A DNA stretch of 64,000 nt from Octopus vulgaris (Eukaryota). Both the position numbers and the translations under genes were made by a program. Shown piece by piece: positions 24,963 to 38,650 of the stretch. How positions within the stretch are numbered: position 1 is the first letter of the stretch; each line of letters starts with the position of its first letter. The notes below the pieces were generated by a model. It had not been told where the DNA came from. It worked only from the letters and a program-made list of their open reading frames with translations, and ran no database searches. Location of the stretch: the NCBI GenBank assembly GCA_951406725.2, contig OX597815.1:39804001-39868000 (forward strand), in the 5' to 3' direction.

Positions 24963-25194
24963 TGGTAGCAAGCTGGCAGAATCTTTAGCATGCTGGGCGA
25001 AATGTGTAGCCGTATTTCATCTGCCGTTACGCTCTGTGTTCAAATTCTGCTGAGGTCAACTTTGCCTTTCATCCTTTTGGGGTCGATAAATTAAATACCA
25101 GTTATGCACTGGGGTTGATGTAATCAACTTAATCCCTTTGTCTGTCCTTGTTTGTCCCCTCTATGTTTAGCCCCTTGTGGGCAATAAAGAAATA
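24963..25194 (+). mobile_element. SINE family B, full length, with 11-bp TSD
   Basis: TSD agaacttgtta at 24952-24962 and 25195-25205. Confidence 0.88.
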
Positions 25195-26099
25195 AGAACT
25201 TGTTAACTGTATATCTTCTCCATTCAGACTCACTCTTCATCTGCTACTTGAGATTACAGTTGCCTTAGCCATGCATAAGAGAGTTCAAAACATTATCCCA
25301 GATCATACAGAAATATGGCATATGCCAGGTGTAAAGTTACACGTTACCCCTAACTATTTACTTCTTTACTTTTTATGCTACATGTCAGCTCATGCAGAAC
25401 TGATTGGTACTGATGATTATTATCATCAACAACAATCAGATAACCTTTTACATCTTTACTAACTCTTGTCATGGGCAATATCATGCTTCTAGTTAATATA
25501 TATGTCTCAGCAACTTTCAATTGAAACCCAGCCCCTATAATGTAAGGAAAATCAAAGTTAAGGCTTTTACAATGGTTATATTGTATGCCTGTTTGTGTAA
25601 GCATACAAACAGGCACACAGTATGACTGTCTATTTATTAGTTGTTTACTTACACCTAACACACTTTCCCATGCATATGCGTAATCCCCCCCCCTCACATA
25701 ATTCTTTAACATGTTGATACTGCTTCATTCTTCAGTTTAAAACATTCAAGTTTAGAAATCTTAGATATAACTGATAGTTAAAAGAAAACCATTCAGAAAC
25801 TCTAGCACCATAAACTGCAGCAAAATTTATTTACAATACCATGAAAAAAATTATTTAATAATTTAATCAAATAATAAAAATTGTAGCAGAAACGTTTTTC
25901 TTTTTTTATTAAAAAAATTGGCACAAAATGTCAGTCTACTTTTTTCCCTCTTTTTAGTGTACAATTCACTGTGTACAACTTTCATTATTAATCTTTGTGT
26001 GTTTACATTTTGCCCATCACCTTTCAAGTTTTCCTCTACCTCTTATAACCTCTCACATTGTCCAGTGATCTTCCCCTTATTCTCCCCATTCTTTTTGTG

Positions 26100-27070
26100 A
26101 TATTTTGCCTATCTTTCTTTTTAATGGTTTGGTCTGCATGAAGCAGTTGTGTCCATGGCCTCTGCAGGAGCTCAGAGACCAGTGAGATGGACACAGTTGT
26201 TCTTGAACAACTACAGAAGACTTATGGGCAGGGAGGGAATTCCAGAGGGATGATGTTCCTGGGAAGAAGTACAAGAAGTAGTGATTAGTGTAGCAGTGTT
26301 TCTATCATCAAAGTACAGTAGTATTAAAGATGTGAACCTTCTTTTGGTCTCTGGTAAATGATGCTGGATACCTGATATCCATTAGCATCTTTTGGAAATA
26401 TTTGAAGTTGCTGTTTTATCCCCCAAGTTACTACATCTGTTGTTTATATGGGACACTTCATACTGTATGTAAGTGGTTTGGAATTGATTAGTAGGGTTGG
26501 TCAATAGTATACTAACAGACTCCAACAGGTAGTTTACTGTGGAAGTTGGTTATTAATGAATCTCTCCACTGTTATTCTGTGTTAGTAGACAAGTACTGAG
26601 AGAGATCTTGTGTCATTAGGATGTTCACTTCAAATCCTGTGACATCACTGAGTGTGCCATATATTCTGTTTGCCTCCTCACTAGAAGAAGACTGCATGAG
26701 GATATCATCTACATATCTGGAGAAGATGACACATGAGTAGCAGTGTTCTATTCCTTCTGTATGTGATGGCTAGGAAACCTAATAGATTTGACATGCTAGG
26801 TACTGCTGATGTCACTAAAATAGAAGTAGGTATGTTCACAATAATAATCAGTTGATGGATGATTGACAATGTGAAGCCAAAGTAAGAAATGATGCTCTTT
26901 GTTATGAAGTTGAAAGCTAAGAGAGCAAGTTCAATGGTATGGAGGGAAATGATGTCTGGACAAAAGTCATATCTATTATGTTTAAGTGTGTTAGAGTTTA
27001 GATCACTGAGTCTTTGTTTGGAGCTGTTGATGTGTCCAGGAAAAATAGGGAAAAGAGGTTTGAGAATGTT
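26100..27070 (-). mobile_element. Degenerate CR1/L2-group LINE 3' remnant
   Basis: Minus-strand YFFPGTSSLWNSLP is the FFPRTxxLWNSLP terminal motif. Upstream sequence is decayed. Confidence 0.55.
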
Positions 27071-29172
27071 GGAAAGGGGTTAAAGATATTTTAAATGGAC
27101 TCATTCTATGTCAATGATGATAAGTCTAATATTTATCTTAGATCCAAGTTCATGCATCATTATGGTAAAATTTAATTTAATTTTACTGAATAATTTTTTG
27201 CAGTTTAAATGGTTCAGAGTGACATTAGTGACATATTCTTACAGCATAGTATTTAAGTATCCAATCACTTGCTCATAGTATGTTTCTTTACAATGATGCA
27301 GAATTCTCTCCCTTCATTTAAAGTGTATAGACGAGGTCTTTACATCATAGATATTGGGAGCTAATTATGGGATGGTAGAGTGAATTATTTAGATAGTAGG
27401 TAGATATTTAGTTAAAATGAAGATTGTTTTGGTTTCAGAGCTGACATCAATTTAACTCATCAAGGATTCTACAAAAGTTAGTTTCTATATCAAGTTGAAG
27501 CTTGTTATTAACTCATTGGGTTGAGATGAATTTTGGCTGAAGTTTAGCTGTTACGGTTGTGTTAGTGAAAAAGACCCAGTGAGACCAGTGACAAATGGTT
27601 GAGAACACCAAAATACCATGTATCTGTGATGTTGATTGCAGGGATGGTATGGCTGTTGATGAAGTTAACAAAGTGACTGTGATAGGAAGAACCAATATGG
27701 TTGTGCTTATTTTAAATCTGAAGAGATTTGTGTGTGAGATATTTCTTATTTTATAGTAAAATTGGTTAATATCAGTTAAGTATGGCAGTGGATCAAGTTA
27801 TAATTTCAGATTTTAAATTCCTGGGATGTATTGATGGAGCAGTACATGAAGGTATCATAGAAGCTTTTTAATTATGAAATTTGTGAGAAGCTTAGGAAGC
27901 TTTTATAACTCATCAAACAAGAGTATTTAAATGAGTGAATGTCCATGAATGTGTTATGTTTGGGATAATATCACTTGACTAGTCCCTGCATTAGGGATGA
28001 CACTGCATCGAAAGCAGTGTTTTCGGAAATTTATCTGGCAATCAATCTTGTCTCTGATAAATTGATCAAATTTACCATGATAATAAATTTAGCCAGGCAC
28101 AGTTTATGTACAGAATGAAATCTGTCTCTTATTGACATCAGATACTGTGAAGCAGGGGATAGAAGCATCAATATTATAGGGTGCAATTGGATAAGAGCTA
28201 CCCTATGTCTTTTATCAGACACTGGACTTATAAGAGACTCCCAAAATTCTCATCTCCAGAGACAATAACTGCTTTTAAAACTACTGCTATAATCCTCCAG
28301 GTGATCCATAGGAAGCGACTGAATATACAGCTGAAATGTATTAGCTAGGCCTTCTTTAAGAAAATTTTTGTTTGGGAATCAAGTTATAATTTCACCCCCA
28401 TACACACACAACAACGACAATGTATGCACACTAACCAATGACCCCATGAGTCTTTGTAGACTTATATGGACTTATTTAAATACTGTGTAAATAAACATAT
28501 AGGATCCTGTAGCAAAAGTATTATTTATAAACTGCTCTTTTATGATAATGACCATAATATAAATGCTTCTTCTATTAGACAAAAAAAAATGTTCTAATCA
28601 GGCGATTATAATCACAATCAAAGCTATAGAATAGAATATTGACAATTAAAAGATTAAGGAGACTATCCTTATTAGTATACTAATGCCACCTGCCAACAAG
28701 AACAGCTGCATGGTGCTAATTGGCACCAATCTGTATTTGATAAACATATCTTAAAATTGAAATGTAACAGTGTAAACTGTTCTTTTAGTTTTGTTTTTAT
28801 TTTTACTCATTTGACATGCATTAGGGCGGCTTTCTAAAACAAGTCCATTGTCATCAATGACAACCTATCCATTATCATCATCATTGCTTTCCATGTTGGT
28901 ATAGGTTGGATAGGTCACTGTGATTTGAGTCAGTTCTTATCCAGAACTACTGCTCTTCTAGATGGGTTTTCAAATTCATACCAGTCAAAATCAACCACAT
29001 ATAACATGATGGCAACTAAAATGACTGAGTTTCTTTAAATATTGCTTTGTCTCAGTTGGCAAAATTGTGAAAAAGTTCTTTTCTGCAAGTTACATATTCA
29101 CTTAATGTAGCTTTGACAGTGAGTCAACCAATGAAAGGCATCCCTCTATTCCTAGGCAGTTTTTGAATTTAA

Positions 29173-29404
29173 GGCGGCAAGCTGGCAGAAGCGTTAGCAC
29201 GTCGGGCGAAATGCTTTGCGGTATTTCATCTGCCATTACGTTCTGAGTTCAAATTCCGCCGAGGTCGACTTTGCCTTTCATCCTTTCAGGGTCGATAAAT
29301 TAAGTACCAGTTATGCACTGGGGTCGACGTAATCGACTTAATACCTATGTCCGTCCTTGTTTGTCCCCTCTATGTTTAGTCCCTTGTGGGTAATAATGAA
29401 ATAG
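29173..29404 (+). mobile_element. SINE family B, full length, with TSD
   Basis: Near-consensus copy. TSD gtttttgaatt at 29159-29169 and 29405-29415. Confidence 0.9.
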
Positions 29405-29702
29405 GTTTTTGAATTCAGTTTTTGTCACAAGTTTCAATTCTTTCTTTCTATAATATCAGACTTCTGGAATTACCTTTCTGCCCATGTTTTTCTTGCAGTC
29501 ATCCTTTTAGCTTTTCAAGAAGACCATCAACCACACTAACCTTACATGTCTTGAAATACCTGCAAACACCATAGACACAGCACCTTCCTCAAGAGCAGCA
29601 TATACATTCATGCGCACACACATATATATTCAAACTTACACAAAGAACGAAACATACTGTCACTTTGCTTTACTGTTATTATAATCTTGTCGTCTTTTAT
29701 AG

Positions 29703-29842
29703 GAAGTTTGCAGGAAAGTGGTGTGATCAGACAGGCATACAATCTTAACTGTCCATTGATAGTTACACAATATGCAACTCAAATAAACAGGAATTTCTTG
29801 ACATTGGACACAGATCAGGTTGTCATTTCTGCAATAAAGAAG
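29703..29842 (+). CDS. MAN2C1: MAN2C1 exon
   Basis: ttttatAG acceptor, AAG|GTGAGT donor, phase 1/0. Encodes (G)SLQESGVIRQAYNLNCPL...DQVVISAIKK. Confidence 0.96.
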
Positions 29843-29891
29843 GTGAGTTTTACACTTTTGTTTTTTTCATTATTGCCATATATTTTTCAGT

Positions 29892-29962
29892 GGAGGCACA
29901 ATGGCCCAGTGGTTAGGGCAGTGGACTCGTGGTCGGAGGATCACGGTTTCGATTCCCAGACC
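29892..29962 (+). mobile_element. tRNA-derived SINE head fragment
   Basis: tggcccagtgg A-box and ggtttcgattccc B-box. No complete acceptor stem. Confidence 0.55.
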
Positions 29963-30806
29963 ATGATTATGTAGGTATATATCATGATTATAGTTTTATA
30001 GATTATTAGCTGCACTTTAACCTCAGTGAAAACACCAAGAAGGAAGTATAGTTTTTAACTTGCTAAAAATTCATATAAATTTTCATAAGAGTGAAATTAC
30101 AGACCATATCCTGAAATAAGTGGTCATACTTTACAATTTCTATAAATGCAAAACCCTGTACCCTGAGGTAGCTCTAATGCCATAGATGCCTGTAGTCTTC
30201 ATAACGACCAGGAAACATGAGAAGTAGCTGGTTGTGAACACTGAGTCCTTTCCTGACGGAAAATGCACCACCCAGAATAGATTGCTGATCAGAGACCTGA
30301 AGATAAGAGCTAGATGGAATCAGAAACACAAAATAATCATACGAAGAAAAGTATGGAAGCTGAAAGAGACTGCATCCAGATGTAGGGTCAGAAACACTTA
30401 TGATGGGGGCAGGGAAGGATAGATAGAGATTTGCAACATGGAGTACAACATGAGACAACCTGTTGCAAGAGATAAGATCTATGGCTTGGGAATGTTCCAT
30501 CTTGGCAGAATGTGACACGGGGGTGGGGGGTAGTATGATGGGTAGAGCCATAAAAGTTAAAAGACAAACCTGAAAAGAGTAGAAGAAAGTGGAGAGCAAA
30601 GAACACATCAGGTAACTAGAAGTGAATCTTTATGCCAGGTATCTTTTAAATAAAATAAATACAATTTCCTTTCATTTGCCTCATTTTCTTTACTTCCATT
30701 TATTTATTTATATTATCTATTTTATTTACTTTACTTTCAGCCCTTCTCACTCCCTTTTTTCTTTATACTTTTTCTTAATAACTGTCCCAGTTTAGACCTT
30801 GGCACA

Positions 30807-30840
<34 letters not shown>

Positions 30841-31787
30841 CATCCGTCCGTCCGTCCGTCCCTCTGTCTGTCTGTCTGTCTGTCTGTCCATCTGTCTGTC
30901 TATCTACTTTTCATCCCAAATAATACTATGCTCTCTCTCTCTTTCTCTCCCATCTATCTGCATATCTATTTATCTGTTTATCTATTGGCTTGCCAAATAA
31001 TCTAATTCCACCTCAAATACTACTATTCCTTCTGCTCTCCACACCATTGCCCCACTCTCTTTATCTCCCTGAATAATTCATAATGTTTCATAGCTTATTG
31101 ACCAACCACTTGACAGCAAAATCCTACAATTAACCACAACTTTATTCCTTCCAAACCCATATAACACATACCATATCACACATGCATATATAATCCCCTG
31201 ACTTTACTAACTTTTAGGGATCTCAACAAATTCTAACATGAATGAAACACCACTATTAGTCTTGTAATAGTCATCATCTTTATTTCACAGTGCTACTGAG
31301 AATTATTCTATCTTAAAAACAAATTAGTGTAGATACTCAATTAGAATTGGAAAATATTAGATTTAGACCAACTGAATATGCCAATAGTTATATGCACCAC
31401 ACATGTATAATATATATATATATAATGGAAAGATAAACACAAGTATAAATTATTAGTTCAATGAAGATTTGTAATAAGAGTTTAGAGTGGCTTTTACTTA
31501 TTAGTGGATGGTTGTCAACTCTATACATGTGGCTAACAACAGCTATTAGTTTTCATGGTTATCATCATCATCATCAAGGAGGCAAGCTGGCAGAGTTGTG
31601 GGCAATATGATTAGCAGCATTTTGTCCATCTTTACATTCTGAGTTCGAATTCCACCGAGGTTGACATTACCTTTCATCTTTTTGTAGTTGATAAATTAAG
31701 TACCAATGAAATACTGGGGGGGGGGGCAATGTAATTGACTCATTCCCTCCCCCAAAATGGCTGCCCTTTTGGCAAAATTTGAAACTA

Positions 31788-31824
<37 letters not shown>

Positions 31825-31825
<1 letters not shown>

Positions 31826-32484
31826 GAGTGAGAGAGCAGTGCAGCCATCAAGGTGACACTGGGGTAAAATATGCGAAGCCCAGTATACCCATCGTGACTA
31901 TCTGTCTGATAAGGGTACACCAGGCACATGCATCACAACCATATGTACATGACATGGTGATCTCATATCAAGATAAACAGCGCATGACCTTGCAGGTGGG
32001 GCCCAGTTATAATTTTCTTCAAGTCGATTAGCCCATCCCACTCAAAAGGTCCCTGAACAAGGGTTGTTTAAGGATGATGAATAAAACACCCATGTTTCCA
32101 AAGGTGAATTATCCAAACCCCAAAGAATTTCTCTCAACACATGGTTATGATGCCCCCCAACTACTTTGTGTTTGTGTGTGTGTGTGCGCGCATGCATGTG
32201 TGTGCACGCATGCATGTGTGTGTGTGTGCACGCATGCGTGTGTGTGGTCACTCCACACCCAACTTTTTTTCTGCTCGTGATCAGAGCTGCACATATCGTC
32301 AGCCACCTAAGGGACATGCTCAACTAGTTAAGCTCAGATGACTGACAAGCAAATCTGTGGTATTGAACAGAATATTTGCTGTAGCCCATCTCTTATACCA
32401 AGATAAATCAATGTACATGATAATACTATCAATCAGTTAAGATCAGAAGCTATGAGAGCCACTGCCTGGTATTGCATTAAGGCA

Positions 32485-32487
<3 letters not shown>
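31825..32487 (-). mobile_element. ~560-bp interspersed repeat (family D) inserted in (ATT)n, with an internal (TG)-rich insertion
   Basis: Reverse-complement homolog of 37371-37927. Both copies are bounded by (AAT/ATT)n on both sides. Confidence 0.8.
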
Positions 32488-32520
<33 letters not shown>

Positions 32521-32990
32521 GATGGTTTAGTGGCATTTCTTCCAGTCTTCTATTCTGAGTTGTAATGTTGTTGAGAGTGACTTTGCCATTTATCTTTTTG
32601 GGAATCAATAAAATAAGTACAAGTCAAGTATTGACTAGTATTGATATGACTGATACATTGATATTGATTGATATGGTTGACTAGCTCCTCCCCACAAAAC
32701 TTCAGGCCTTGTGCATATAGTAGTAAGAATTATCAATTTTATCAATAATGTGATAAGCTCAGAGAATCATTAGTGTACCAGACAAAATACTTAGTGGCAT
32801 TTCTTCTTCTTCTTTACATTCTGAGTTCAAATTGTGGTAAGGTTGAATTTACCTTTTGTTCTTTCGGGGGGGGGGGGGGGTCAATAAAATAAAGTACCTG
32901 TCAAATACAGGAGTTGATGTAACTGATTTGGAGACAACTGATTTGTCTCCAACCTAAAAATTACTGGCATTATGCCAAAATTAGAAAGAA

Positions 32991-33384
32991 CTAGCAGTAT
33001 AGCCCGGCATTGCTCGGGTTTGTTTTCTTTTCGACCCTTTAGAATTGGAAATTTTGAAAAGTAAAAATTTTGCATTATGTAGCTTGTTATTCTCGTTAAG
33101 TGAACATTTTTCTGGTTGAAATACACCGAAAAATGGCAACAGGCAATACAGCAGTATAAAATAGGGATTTTCATAGAAAAAAGCATCTTTTTGATGTAAA
33201 TAATTTTTGGTCTTAACATGGTCCGATTTGAATTTTTTTCTTTTACGGAAGGAAGAGCAAGGCTTCTTCTATCATACTCTCAATTTTGGTCAATTTGTGC
33301 CGCAGGGTCTTGGAGAAGATAGTGTTAGTTGAAGGCTACCAAACCTGCCACACACACAGACAACTTCAGCTTTATATATATAGA
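32991..33384 (-). mobile_element. Non-autonomous Helitron, 394 bp
   Basis: The minus strand begins TC(tatatatataaagc) and ends in hairpin cccgagcaatgccggg plus CTAG. It is inserted between A and T with no TSD and has an internal (CA)n. Confidence 0.85.
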
Positions 33385-34619
33385 TTATCTTTATCAGTAA
33401 GGTGGTGGACTGGCAGAATCATAAAAGCATCAGGGAAAATGCGTTACTGCATTTGTTCTGGCTTTTTACATTCTCAGTTTAAATCCTACCAAAGATTTAC
33501 TTTTCATCCTTGCAGTATCAATAAAATAAAGTACCAGCCAGATAGAATACTCTGATAGAGACTGATAGAATAAGTACTGGGCTTACAAAGAATAAGTCCC
33601 GGGGTCGAGTTGCTCGATTAAAGGTGGTGCTCCAGCATGGCCACAGTCAAATGACTGAAACAAGTAAAAGAGTAAAGAGTATACTGGGGTTGATGATGTC
33701 TACTAAGCTTTTTTCCTCAATACTGTTGGTCTTGTACCTAGATCAGAAACAATTATTTCAATCATCGTATTCCTTTACTTTATCATCCTATTCAGTACAA
33801 TTACTATAATTGTTATCATCATCAAAATTGTTTCTACCATCAAGAAAATACTCACCAATCATTATCTGTAACAACTAATGGAAATCAGTAAAATTTTATC
33901 ATCAGCAAAATTTTAACATCAGCATCACATACCAAATTATCATATTATTTCAATGCCATTCTTTCTCATTTTCATCATTACAATCAGTTATATCATCATC
34001 ATCATCATCACTACCAACATCACAACCATCACCAAAACCACCAGAATTCTTTGCATACACTCCTTTTTTTTATTTTCCAACATTGTAGTTAGGTAGTCTT
34101 AGAAAAGTTGTGCCAAACCTATATATTAGCAAATTTTATAGATATGCTATTGATCAATACACTAATTACCTTATTATTAATTATACAACTCAACAATACT
34201 GCTATGACTCTTAGAATTTATAATTTAACTCAATTTTATTCCACTGAACATTTGGAATTTCTAATTTTAACTCAAATTATTCCACAGAGCATTTATCAGA
34301 CACAAGTAACTGTTTAATTGTTTCTAGCAAGACACAGTAACTATACATAGGAAACATACAAAAATGTTATCTATTTTCATGAAAAACTCAGAATTAAAAC
34401 TTTTATATTCTTTACTAATGCTAAAACCACAGATATACATGTAAAGGCCTGAAGTTTATCCAGAAAACTGAGATTCTTTTTACAATGTACGACAGTGTCT
34501 ACATTAGATTACTGGTCACATATCTAGGACTGTGCAAATGTCAAATGCATACAATCTTTACTGCATCCCAAAAGCTTCTTCAATGTACATGAGTGTCTTG
34601 TTTAATTATTGCTCTTATG

Positions 34620-35110
34620 TCTGTGACAAGGCAGATGTCACACATAAACTTTATTTGTTTTCAAGTGAAGTAATATTTCCACATTGCCAGACTTGATTTT
34701 GCAGAATATTGGAAATGAATGTGGCGGTCGGGAAATAACTGGGGTATTGGAGGTGTAGGAGTTTTGGGGAAGGTAAAAATCTGTGAGGTGGTGGTGGAGG
34801 TCAGGAGAAAGAATGACAGAGTGATTGACAGTAGTGTTAGCATTTGTGGTAGAAATGGTGAGGTTGATTTGTGGGTATGGTCCGCAAAGTGGAAGAAGGA
34901 TCGCTGAGAAAGAGCAGTTTAATGAAATGGCAAATGAGTGGAACTTACAAAAGTTAGATGAATTGGTTTTGGGCATGGGTGATTTTAATGGACATGTTGG
35001 GACATGGAATTGGGGTGAGAGATTTGGAAGGAAGGATGCTGTTGGAGTTTTGTGACCGAGTGCAGATATGAGCAGCATATGGGAACTGGTAGTAAGGAAG
35101 GATAGAAAAA
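34620..35110 (+). mobile_element. RTE LINE apurinic endonuclease remnant
   Basis: Translation VRLICGYGPQSGR...EKEQF...VLGMGDFNGHVG contains the APE motifs YAPQ and GDFNGHVG. Confidence 0.8.
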
Positions 35111-35655
35111 TATTAGATTTATAAACCCTAAAATTCACTCCATAATTGCCCACGGGTATATAGCATAGTGGTTAAAACCACGGACTACTGATCCCAAGAT
35201 TCTGAGTTTGATTCCAAGCAGTGGCCTGAATAATAATAATAATAATGATGACGCTGACGACAACAACGACAAATACCTTAATCAAAACTTTCTTTTTGAT
35301 ATTACAATCTGCTTTTATTTTGAATTCTTCCCTGCAATTCAGGATTTACTGACTGCATAATGCCTTAATTGAAACCCATACATTGCAATTACCCTCCTTT
35401 TTCTCGTCTTTCGATATAGGTTCCTTTTAGTAAGTTCTGATTAAAATCATACGTGTAGTCCTTTAGTCTGAGCACTGTCATCTTCTTGAATTCCCTTCTT
35501 TATCTTACATCTCTTCAAACTGCATATTAACATAACCAGTCTCACTTTATGTCTATACCTATTTGAGGGAGCACTCAGGTGTTGTACAGCTTACTGCTAA
35601 GGATACAAAGGCATTCATTCAAACTAAACGCATCAATTTTCTTTTTTATTTCCAG

Positions 35656-35762
35656 TCAGAACATTCGGACAAAGTGGTTTTACTACGGCTTTATGAAAGT
35701 TTTGGGGGATATGCTAGGTGTAATGTTTCAACAGGAGATTTTAAACTTAAAAAAGTTGAAAG
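35656..35762 (+). CDS. MAN2C1: MAN2C1 penultimate exon
   Basis: ttccAG acceptor, AAG|GTAAGC donor, phase 0/2. Encodes SEHSDKVVLLRLYESFGGYARCNVSTGDFKLKKVE(R) (LRLYE motif). Confidence 0.95.
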
Positions 35763-36566
35763 GTAAGCTTTTTTTAATTTTTTTCCAATATGTTTTTCTG
35801 TTTATTTTTTTTTTTTCTACCATGAGGTTAGTTCTGCATATCTTCTTAGTGCCTTACAGAAGGTTTAAAACAATGGTCTGGTAGAAATACTAAGTATCCT
35901 TCAGCTATTATGCTGTATGTACTAGACAAAGAAAATTATTAGTTTTTAAAATAAATAATAGCTAAAAAAATTTTCATTTTGCTTAGCATGGAGAACTGAC
36001 AATCACACGTTAATTCAAAATAACAAAGCAGTTAATTATAAAAGAAAATAATTAATTTTTCAACAATATTAGTCATAAACTTTTAAATAAAAGAATTTTT
36101 GAATTTACATTCTTATTTCTAATCTTTATGTATATTTAGGTTTTTGTTCATTCCAATTGATTTGTCCCAATAATATTAAGAATATAAAGAAAATTAAATA
36201 GATATAACTGTTGTTATACAGGGAAACATATATCTCCTCTCCTCAATTTTACTTTGCTGTTTGACTCTTTGTTGTACATTGTTCAATACATCCCATTTTA
36301 CTACAGAACCACTTGTATGCACGTGCGTGTGTGTATATGTGCACATGCACGCCTGTTTTTGTGTGTGTATGTGTGTAGGCAGAAACAAGGAAAATGCCAC
36401 TTATATTTGAACACTATACAAATATTCTTTTAAAAAAAACTTTTCTTTTAATTTTTCTAAATTTAATTATTTAATCGTTACAGTTGAAAAGGTCTCAAAA
36501 TGAGCGAAACCGGTACTGAAATGTTCTTTATAAAATCATTTTAGCATTTTCTATCTTTACTTGTTT

Positions 36567-36613
<47 letters not shown>

Positions 36614-37370
36614 GACAATGACTGTCAAAATGATATCTAATGGTCAGATCCCCTTCACGCATACAATGTGTTATTAATGATTGGCAGAAGTTACAGTGTT
36701 GAGAGCTTCATATATTTGTATAAGTATCAATGCACTAAAATATCATTCCTTGAGTCACTCAAACTTCTGGCAATTATTAATCAAAAAATGTTTGAGGTCT
36801 GTCTTCCTGTCTGTATCACCAAACCTGTGTGTGTGGGTGTGTGCGTGCACGTGTGTGCATCATATGATAGTTGTAAATGGGCATCACTATCATACAAGCT
36901 AAGTTGTTTGTTTCCAGTCTTCTGAAAAATATGGTTAGCCATGGCAAAATATTTACTTGCTTGAAAATAGATGAGGGTTGGCATCAGGAAGAGCATTCAA
37001 CCATAGAAAATCTGCTTTAACAAAATCCATGTGATGCATGCAAGTATGGAAAATGGTCATTAAATGATAATGAAAATGATGATAATCATTCATGCAAAGC
37101 TAAAATTTCACTTCATTGCTGTTCTCAGGTTCCCTGTTACTTGCTGAGACAGAACAGTGGCTGAAGACACAGAAAGATTGATGGTAGAAATAGTGCAGGC
37201 TGGGATGATAATGAGAAATGGAAGTTGTTCCTTTCATCCTTTCAGGGTCAATAAGTTAAGTACCAGTCAAGTACTGGGGTTGATGTAATTTCAGACCTTA
37301 TCTTATAGTGGAAAGGATTATTAAGATAATAATAATAATAATATTAATAATAATAATAATAATAATGATA

Positions 37371-37927
37371 AATGCCCTGATCCAGTACCAGACAGTGGCT
37401 CTCATGGCTTCTGATCTTAACTGATTGGAAGTGTTATCATGTACATTGTTTTGTCTTGGTATAAAAGATGGGCGACAGCAAATATTCTGCTCAATAACAC
37501 AGATTTGCTTGTCAGTTGCTTGGCCTTAACCAGTTGAGCATGTCCCTTAGTGGCTGACGATATGTGCATATCTGATCACAAGTAGAAGTAGTGGGGGAGC
37601 ATCATAGCCATGTGTTGAGAGGGATTCTTTGGGGTTTGAATAATTCACCTCTGGAAAGATGGGTGTTTCATTCAACATCCTCAAACAATCCTTATTCAGG
37701 GACCTTTTGAGCGGTATGGGCTACTCGACCAGAAGAAAATTCTAACTGGGCCCCATCTGCAAGTTCATGCTCTGTTTACCTTGACATAAGATCACCATGT
37801 CGCACACATTTGGTTGTGATGCATGTGCCTGGTGTACCCTTATCAGACGGGTAGTCATGATGGGTATACTGGGCTTTGTATATTTTACCCCAGTGTCACT
37901 TTGATGGTATGCACTGCTCTCTCACTC
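37371..37927 (+). mobile_element. Family D repeat in an (AAT)n microsatellite
   Basis: Homologous to 31825-32487 in opposite orientation and flanked by (AAT)n. Confidence 0.8.
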
Positions 37928-37969
37928 AATAATGATAATAATAATTATTATTATATATTTATATATATC

Positions 37970-38176
37970 TATTTCTTTATTGCCCACTGGGGGCTAAACA
38001 CAGAGGGGACAAACAAAGGGATTAAGTCAATTATATCAACCCCAGTGTGTAACTGGTACTTATTTAATCTACTCCAAAAGGATGACAGGCAGATTTGAAC
38101 TCAGAACGTAAGGGCAGACAAAATACTGCTAAGCATTTTGCCCAGCATGCTATCAATTATACCAGCTCGCTGCCTT
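37970..38176 (-). mobile_element. SINE family B copy
   Basis: Reverse complement of the 24963 and 29173 copies. Confidence 0.75.
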
Positions 38177-38602
38177 TCTTATTTATTTATTATATATATA
38201 TATATATATAGGGATTAGTAATATTTTTGGTAGAAATGACTAATTGTCCCTCTTAGCGTTTGGCATGTATATATAATACCTTCTGGCATGTATGTATAAT
38301 GCCCTCTATATATAAATTAATATGTTCAATAAGAAATAATTATTTTCGAAATTTTTTCTCTTATGAGGTTTTTACGCTATCTACCTGACAATTTCTTGTT
38401 AAGTTTTCCTTATTAAGTAGTTGTCCTTAATTGCTAAATTTTTATTCCGAAAAAACTTTTCCTCTCCCGAAATGCAATTCGTAAAAGTTTGCCATTTGAC
38501 CGGATGTAATATATGTAAACTCACCCATGTGCTTCGTTGATGTTGAACAGTTAGCTGATCGACTTAAGCGGGGCAGGGTCGTTGTTTATTTATAATGCAT
38601 TC

Positions 38603-38650
38603 AGGCCTGCTGATGAGTACGTAAGTATGAAATCACTGTGATACAGGTCT
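38603..38650 (+). ncRNA. Minimal type I hammerhead ribozyme, copy 1
   Basis: aggcctg-CTGATGA-gtac gtaa gtat-GAAA-tcac t gtga-TA-caggtct. Stem I 7 bp (1 GU), stem II 4 bp with a GUAA loop, stem III palindrome atcac-t-gtgat. Predicted cleavage after AUA at 38643. Confidence 0.88.

Noticed and set aside
29892-29962. Possible tRNA gene (also 35155-35225 and SINE heads)
   Set aside because: A/B boxes are present but there is no complete cloverleaf or acceptor stem. These are SINE-derived.
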